In this document: piece after piece, positions 58,964 to 64,000 of the stretch
Numbering within the stretch: position 1 is the stretch's first letter
How the letters are laid out: every line of letters begins with the position of its first letter
From: a virus
Length of the DNA: 64,000 bases
IMG/VR virus record: IMGVR_UViG_3300042914_002334
Location: 32,001 to 96,000 of that record
Reading direction: 5' to 3' (one strand)
Notes under the pieces: generated by a model
Told to the model about the DNA's origin: nothing
What the model saw: the letters and a program-made list of their open reading frames with translations, nothing else
Database searches by the model: none
Made by a program: the position numbers and the translations under genes

Positions 58964-60160
58964 TTATTGAAAAGTGACATTTTGGATTGCGATTTCACCA
59001 ACGTAGTCAGCGGCGTTACCGAAACTACTTGCGGTGTTGGTAAGCTCCACGTAACCATAACGAGTCATGAAGGACACGACTGGTTCGAATGTTGCTGGAT
59101 CCAGAACAACACCACTACTCATCAATGGAATGTATGGGCAGTAGAATGCTGCGGCATCAGTTTCTGAAGAACCCTTGTAACCAACCAATACTGGTGTGGT
59201 GTCGCCAGCGTAGCTGTCAACAAACACGCGCATTGCGTTGTTTAGTGTTCCAACCAACTTGGTGTTGGTAGGTGCTTCGAAAGTTCCTTCTGTTGTGCGA
59301 GCAAATGCACTTGTGGTAGCACTTTGCAGAACAGTTAGAGCCTGACTACTTACAACTGCCCAGTTACCAGCACCACGACGAGTGCGCTGAGCAATCAAGT
59401 TAGCAACACGATTGATTAGAACTGCCAATGCGGCGTGCTCATCACCAACGAATGTAGCGGTTCCACTTACTGTTGCTTGGTTGTAAGTGAATTCTGTAGC
59501 AGCAAGACTGCGTAGTGACAAGAGAATTTCTTGATCAATTTCAGCAGTAATTTCTTGTGCCAAAGCGGCCATGATTTCAGCCTCAACATCGATACCGTGT
59601 TGTGACTGGGCATCTTGAGCGGCTTCAAATGTCCAACGAGCTTGCAATTTGCGGCTCTTGGCTTCTACGGCTTGACGTAGAATTTGGACGCTGATCTGCT
59701 TACCACCATTGCCTTCAAGAGAGGCAGTATCAGCAGCAGTGTATGCACTTGTAGATGCAGCACCACTTGCAGTGCGTGAGTAAGCCTGAGCAATCTTGAA
59801 TGGGCTCAATGCTTCTTCGCCAGCAACAACGCTTGTTCCAGCGGCGCTGTTGTCGGTTAGACTGTTGGCATAACGAACACGCAGAGTGTGAATTTGTCCA
59901 ACTGGTCCTGTCATTGGCTGAACGCCTACCAATTCGTTAGCAATAACGGTTGGCATAACACGACGGATAACTGGAAGAATAACACGATTTAGAGTTGCGA
60001 TGTTACCTGCAACGGTTGTTCCAGCAGAACTTTCTGCCAGTAACTGCTTGCGAGTGTTTTCGAAAATAACACCCATCATTGAACGACGAGTTCCTTGGAG
60101 ACCTTCCAGGAGGGCTTCCTTTGTTTCGCCCCAACGGCTCTCTAGTAATACTTTTGACAT
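58964..60160 (-). CDS. Major capsid protein (gp23-like)
   Basis: GVQPMTGPVGQI, AKSRKLQARWT.E.AQD, EIDQEI, FYCPYIPL, TRYG. Confidence 0.96.
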   Translation of the reverse strand: MSKVLLESRWGETKEALLEGLQGTRRSMMGVIFENTRKQLLAESSAGTTVAGNIATLNRVILPVIRRVMPTVIANELVGVQPMTGPVGQIHTLRVRYANSLTDNSAAGTSVVAGEEALSPFKIAQAYSRTASGAASTSAYTAADTASLEGNGGKQISVQILRQAVEAKSRKLQARWTFEAAQDAQSQHGIDVEAEIMAALAQEITAEIDQEILLSLRSLAATEFTYNQATVSGTATFVGDEHAALAVLINRVANLIAQRTRRGAGNWAVVSSQALTVLQSATTSAFARTTEGTFEAPTNTKLVGTLNNAMRVFVDSYAGDTTPVLVGYKGSSETDAAAFYCPYIPLMSSGVVLDPATFEPVVSFMTRYGYVELTNTASSFGNAADYVGEIAIQNVTFQ

Positions 60161-60188
60161 TTTTTTAATCTCCTTGTTTAATGTCTAA

Positions 60189-61295
60189 TTAAAGCCCTGC
60201 CAGACGCTTGAAAGCGATCAGATTTTCTTGGTCTTCACTCTCAACTTGATGTTTTTTGGCAGTTTTATCACCAGTCACAACGCTTTCAGCAATAATTTTC
60301 TTCTTTTCAGAAGGCGCATTCTTGCTTGTTCCGTTGTTTAATACTGCTGGTAGATACTTATCGAAAGCGACTTTTAGCTTTGGTGTTTGCACGCTTTCTA
60401 GTAAATTACGCATTACTTCAGATTTTTCTTCGTTCAAAGTTCCTAACAATTCTGTCATCATCTTTTCACGAAGATTGGATTCTTTAATAACACGCACTTC
60501 ACGCTCTTTTGATTCAATCAATTTTTTAGATGATTGAATTTGTTTAACAGATTCTGAAATTAGTTTGTCTTTCTTTGCAAGGTCTGCTTGTAATTTTTTT
60601 ACTTCTGCGTTCTCATTTAAATGAGTCACGCTAAATTCAGCAGCAAATGCTTCGAATAATTTTCGTCCAAACGCGTTTTCTCGTGCGGACTTAATGTCTT
60701 CTGTCAACTGACTAATTTCACCCTTTAACTGCTTGGTTACTCCTGCATTTATCTTCTTGGCAGATTCTGCGATGAATTTTTGCTTGAGTGTTTCTAATTG
60801 CTGTTTAGCTTCTGCAACTAATTTAACTTTAGCCTCAACTACCGCTCTCTTATCCTGCTCGAATTCTTTGATTTCACGAGACAATGCCTTTACGACAAAT
60901 TGTTCCAGTTTTTGGCGATTTTCCATTTGTGTTTTGCGATCACCACGCAATTCACTTATTTCTTCTGCCAATTTTGAAACCATAAAATCATTGAACTTTT
61001 TAGCAGATTCGAGCATCTTTGACTGGACTCTAACTCTGTCCTCGTTCAATGATTTACGCTCTTCACGAAACTCGTGAATTTCTGCTTGTAGTCCAGATGT
61101 AACCATCTTGTCAAGGGCTTCAACCATGATGTTTTTGTCATGTTCATACTTATTAGCGTATTCGACTCTGAGTTCTGCTGCGATTTCTTGTTTTGCCTCA
61201 TTTAATTTGGCTTCCCAAGCTTCATTGATCATCTTAGCAGTGTCGTCGGCTATAACGCCACTTTCAAGTAATGTTTTAATGAATTCGGTCTTCAT
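60189..61295 (-). CDS. Prohead core scaffold (gp22-like)
   Basis: Coiled coil between protease and capsid genes; KLFEAF; many LxE sites. Confidence 0.85.
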   Translation of the reverse strand: MKTEFIKTLLESGVIADDTAKMINEAWEAKLNEAKQEIAAELRVEYANKYEHDKNIMVEALDKMVTSGLQAEIHEFREERKSLNEDRVRVQSKMLESAKKFNDFMVSKLAEEISELRGDRKTQMENRQKLEQFVVKALSREIKEFEQDKRAVVEAKVKLVAEAKQQLETLKQKFIAESAKKINAGVTKQLKGEISQLTEDIKSARENAFGRKLFEAFAAEFSVTHLNENAEVKKLQADLAKKDKLISESVKQIQSSKKLIESKEREVRVIKESNLREKMMTELLGTLNEEKSEVMRNLLESVQTPKLKVAFDKYLPAVLNNGTSKNAPSEKKKIIAESVVTGDKTAKKHQVESEDQENLIAFKRLAGL

Positions 61296-61416
61296 TAAAT
61301 GTCCCCTTTATAGTTTATTCCGTATGTCTCCGGAACAACGAGATGCGTCATTTCAACAACTAATTTGTCAAACAACATGCTTGTTGCAGCACTACAAAAA
61401 ACTATACTTGCAGTGC

Positions 61417-62058
61417 TCATTTGATCTTTAATTCCTTGATTAGTTTAATGACTGATTCTTGTAAATATTTTTGAATCTTTGCATCTTTATTGAGTTCGGC
61501 TTCTTTTAGATTTTGAAATATTTTATGACCGTGCTTCATTCCCATTAGACCTTCATATATGGCTTTAGGATAAGCATTCGGAGCACTTGGTTGAGCAACT
61601 ACATCAACAGTAACGATTTCAAAATCACTTACTTTTCCCGAAGAGTCATCAACATTACCACTTCCACGACTACTTACCCCCAATTTAACTCCGCTTTCTA
61701 ACATCGTGCTAACGATTTGTCCCATTGGAGTTGGAAGAATTTTTAGTTTGCCGTATCCGTTTGGACCATCCATCCACATATTACTAATCATGTGACTAAC
61801 ACGATCTAAATTGATTTTTAGATCGTCTGGATGATCAACTTCTCCAAGAACGCTGTGTCCTTCAGATATTTGTCTGTTTAAATCTTCAACGGCTCGTTCT
61901 ATTTCAGACACGGGGTAAACGCGCTCATTTGCGTTTTTAACCCCGCCCTGAATGAAGATGCCCTTCATGTAGAGCGCCTTCTGTTCGCCTTCCTTGACAT
62001 TTTCTACGATCATGCTTGCACGATCAAATGTCAAGTTTTCTCTCAGATATAAAGCCAT
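61417..62058 (-). CDS. Prohead protease (gp21-like)
   Basis: KNANERVYP, GEVDHP, GVSSRGSG, DVVAQPSAPNA. Confidence 0.95.
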   Translation of the reverse strand: MALYLRENLTFDRASMIVENVKEGEQKALYMKGIFIQGGVKNANERVYPVSEIERAVEDLNRQISEGHSVLGEVDHPDDLKINLDRVSHMISNMWMDGPNGYGKLKILPTPMGQIVSTMLESGVKLGVSSRGSGNVDDSSGKVSDFEIVTVDVVAQPSAPNAYPKAIYEGLMGMKHGHKIFQNLKEAELNKDAKIQKYLQESVIKLIKELKIK

Positions 62059-62071
62059 TTACACTGAATCC

Positions 62072-62980
62072 TTAAACTTTGCGTTTCTTACTTAGTTTGC
62101 TTTCTGGAACTGGACTCTTTGCCTTAACAGTTTCGCTTTTTGGCTTAGGTGCAGATTCTCCGTGACCCCCAGCAACTTTCTTTGCTCCATTAGGGGTGTT
62201 TCCAAATTTTCCAGCGTGTGGAAGATTTCCTGCACTACTGGTGTGATATGGAGAACTTGGTCCTTTTGGTCCTGTCGGAACTGTTTCAGATGCTCCGCCA
62301 ATCTTTGTTGGCTTAACAACGCTGCCTACTGGTCCTTTTGCTCCAGCATTTGCTGCTACTGGACTTGTTGCCTTTATAGCCTCATGCTTTGGCTGTGGTG
62401 CTTTTTGAAGTTGAACGCTTTCCATTACTTCTTCTTCTTCGTCTCCCATGCCTTCTTCATCGCCCATGTCTTCTTCATCGCCCATGTCTTCTTCATTGCC
62501 CATGTCCATGTCTTCTTCACCACTCATGCCTTCTTCTCCGTGCATTAGAGATTCAAACTCGGCCATGAGTTCGTCCAATTTGTCTTCTAAGTTCATGATG
62601 TCTGACTTAGAGGCAGGCTCTTCATCACCCATGCCTTCTTCGTCTCCCATGTCCATGTCTTCTTCGTCTCCCATGTCCATGTCATCGCTCATGTCCATGT
62701 CTTCTTCGTCTCCCATGTCCATGTCTTCTTCGTCTCCCATGTCCATGCCTTCTTCGTCTCCCATGTCCATGTCTTCATCGTTTTCTTCCATCATGTCATC
62801 TGAGCCTTCGCTTTCATGTGATATTTCATCTGAAAGTGACTCGACACTATCTCTATCCATTAGACTTTCATAGATTGCTCGACTTTGCTCAACGACAATC
62901 TCATGAAATAATTGTTCTGCTTTTTCTTGATTCTCACTTAAGATAAGATCAATAAGTTTTTCGTACTTTGCTGTAGACAT
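62072..62980 (-). CDS. Acidic prohead core-type protein
   Basis: D/E/M/G repeats then a Pro/Lys-rich tail; lies between portal and protease. Confidence 0.7.
   Translation of the reverse strand: MSTAKYEKLIDLILSENQEKAEQLFHEIVVEQSRAIYESLMDRDSVESLSDEISHESEGSDDMMEENDEDMDMGDEEGMDMGDEEDMDMGDEEDMDMSDDMDMGDEEDMDMGDEEGMGDEEPASKSDIMNLEDKLDELMAEFESLMHGEEGMSGEEDMDMGNEEDMGDEEDMGDEEGMGDEEEEVMESVQLQKAPQPKHEAIKATSPVAANAGAKGPVGSVVKPTKIGGASETVPTGPKGPSSPYHTSSAGNLPHAGKFGNTPNGAKKVAGGHGESAPKPKSETVKAKSPVPESKLSKKRKV
62440..62780. repeat. 18-24-bp tandem repeats encoding MGDEE(DMD)
   Basis: tcttcttcgtctcccatgtccatg units in two blocks. Confidence 0.85.
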
Positions 62981-63032
62981 TTCTTCTCCTTTAAGTAAAA
63001 TGGCTTTACATAAAACTATTTACACCATAAAC

Positions 63033-63063
63033 AAAAAAACAGCGCAAAATGTGCTGTTTTTTT
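63033..63063 (-). terminator. Intrinsic terminator
   Basis: aaaaaacagcgc-N5-gtgctgtttttt. Confidence 0.7.
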
Positions 63064-63098
63064 ACATTTTCTATACTTTTTGATGATAGCAAAAGTAT

Positions 63099-63317
63099 TT
63101 AGAGTGCGGATTGTGCTGGGGGTGCATATTGCTGTCTTATCTTTTTTAGATTCTTTGCCTTTTCATATGCTTGAACTTCGTTCATTCTACGAATTTTGTT
63201 TATGGCAGCCAGAGTGAGTTTTGTTTTTCGCGTTTCTCCCCAACGAGGCTGACTATTATCATTTTCAACATCTTGAAAATTGGTTGGGACTCGATCATAA
63301 AATTCTAATAAAAGCAT
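63099..63317 (-). CDS. Small head-assembly-region protein
   Basis: MLLLEF; RKTKLTL..INKIR; ATG lies 5 nt after GATAAATA. Confidence 0.7.
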   Translation of the reverse strand: MLLLEFYDRVPTNFQDVENDNSQPRWGETRKTKLTLAAINKIRRMNEVQAYEKAKNLKKIRQQYAPPAQSAL

Positions 63318-63331
63318 AAATCTATTTATCC

Positions 63332-64000
63332 TTATGCTGTTGGGACTGGCTCTGGAGGAATTGCCGGGCCCGAGCCTCCAACTCCACCTGGACCACCAAT
63401 TTCTTGTCCTGGAACTTGAGTCTCTCCTTCTTCCGGCATATCTTCGACAGTTTCCAAATCACTCTCTATATCGCTGGTGCTTAGACCTATACTTCTAAGA
63501 TCAGTGCCCTTAGATGTTTTTTCTTCATCTTCTGGTTTGCTTCTTTCTTCTGCCCATAGTTTTTCGTTCTTCTTGATTTCTTCCTGAGATAGTCCAAGAA
63601 ATCTTTCCATTGCAAATCTGACGCTAATATATGGCAGTTGAGCAACTGAATTAAAGACATTTACTCTAACTTGATCAATTTCACTTTGTCTGTATGCAGC
63701 AAAGTTTTGTGGAGGATTAAATGTTAAATCAAAAAGTCCGCTATCTATGTTAAAGCCACGCCAACGCAAGAATAACTTAAACTCTTCGTTTAATTTTCTT
63801 GCCATATAACTTTGCAATCTTTCGCAGTATTGATTAAATCTATATTCTTGAATTAGTGCAGTTCCTACTTTGCCGTCAACTAAAGGTCTTTCGCTATCTT
63901 CTGGCCCAGTTGGCAAATAACTACTTGGAACTCTGAGTCCACGAGCAAGACGATTGTTAAAGTATTTAAGATCGTCTATTTCTCCGAGATTTTGTCCACC
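63332..64000 (-). CDS. Portal protein (gp20-like), C-terminal part
   Basis: GGQNLGEIDDLKYFNNRLARGLRVPSSYL; frame is open to the window edge. Confidence 0.92.
   Translation of the reverse strand, partial: GGQNLGEIDDLKYFNNRLARGLRVPSSYLPTGPEDSERPLVDGKVGTALIQEYRFNQYCERLQSYMARKLNEEFKLFLRWRGFNIDSGLFDLTFNPPQNFAAYRQSEIDQVRVNVFNSVAQLPYISVRFAMERFLGLSQEEIKKNEKLWAEERSKPEDEEKTSKGTDLRSIGLSTSDIESDLETVEDMPEEGETQVPGQEIGGPGGVGGSGPAIPPEPVPTA

Noticed and set aside
1-64000. TAG stop-codon reassignment
   Set aside because: Only one accepted gene ends in TAG (27616, followed by AGA TAA), but all long genes are intact under the standard code. The one in-frame TAG is in a frameshifted relic.
1-64000. tRNA or rRNA genes
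   Set aside because: No cloverleaf or T-loop signature was seen in the short intergenic regions; a tRNAscan run would confirm.

Overview
The window is part of a large, T4-related (jumbo-type) tailed phage genome, mostly coded on the minus strand, with standard genetic code. Reading right to left: portal (partial), acidic core protein, prohead protease, scaffold and major capsid, then an opposite-strand homing endonuclease, terminase, and a block of probable head-internal proteins (a lytic transglycosylase and a KxDG/HxGH nucleotidyltransferase fusion among them). Next come SSB, UvsX and UvsY, an array of small early genes each with its own repeated sigma70 promoter (39.8-45.5 kb), UvsW, clamp loader, primase and helicase, a Cas4-like exonuclease, chaperones (ClpA, DnaJ, GroES), PhoH, a holin, a glycosyltransferase and several Gly/Thr/Ser-rich fibres. 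Most notable: (1) a minimal family-C (DnaE) polymerase core split into two intein-free genes 13 kb apart; (2) an apparent capsid cargo code, in which the scaffold's C-terminal helix motif recurs in unrelated proteins that also carry L/I-x-E protease sites at domain borders; (3) many apparently leaderless early and late transcripts; (4) a candidate small RNA framed by a late promoter and a terminator; (5) a collapsed homing-endonuclease relic that repeats the first codons of uvsX. All family calls come from motif recognition by eye; no searches were run.
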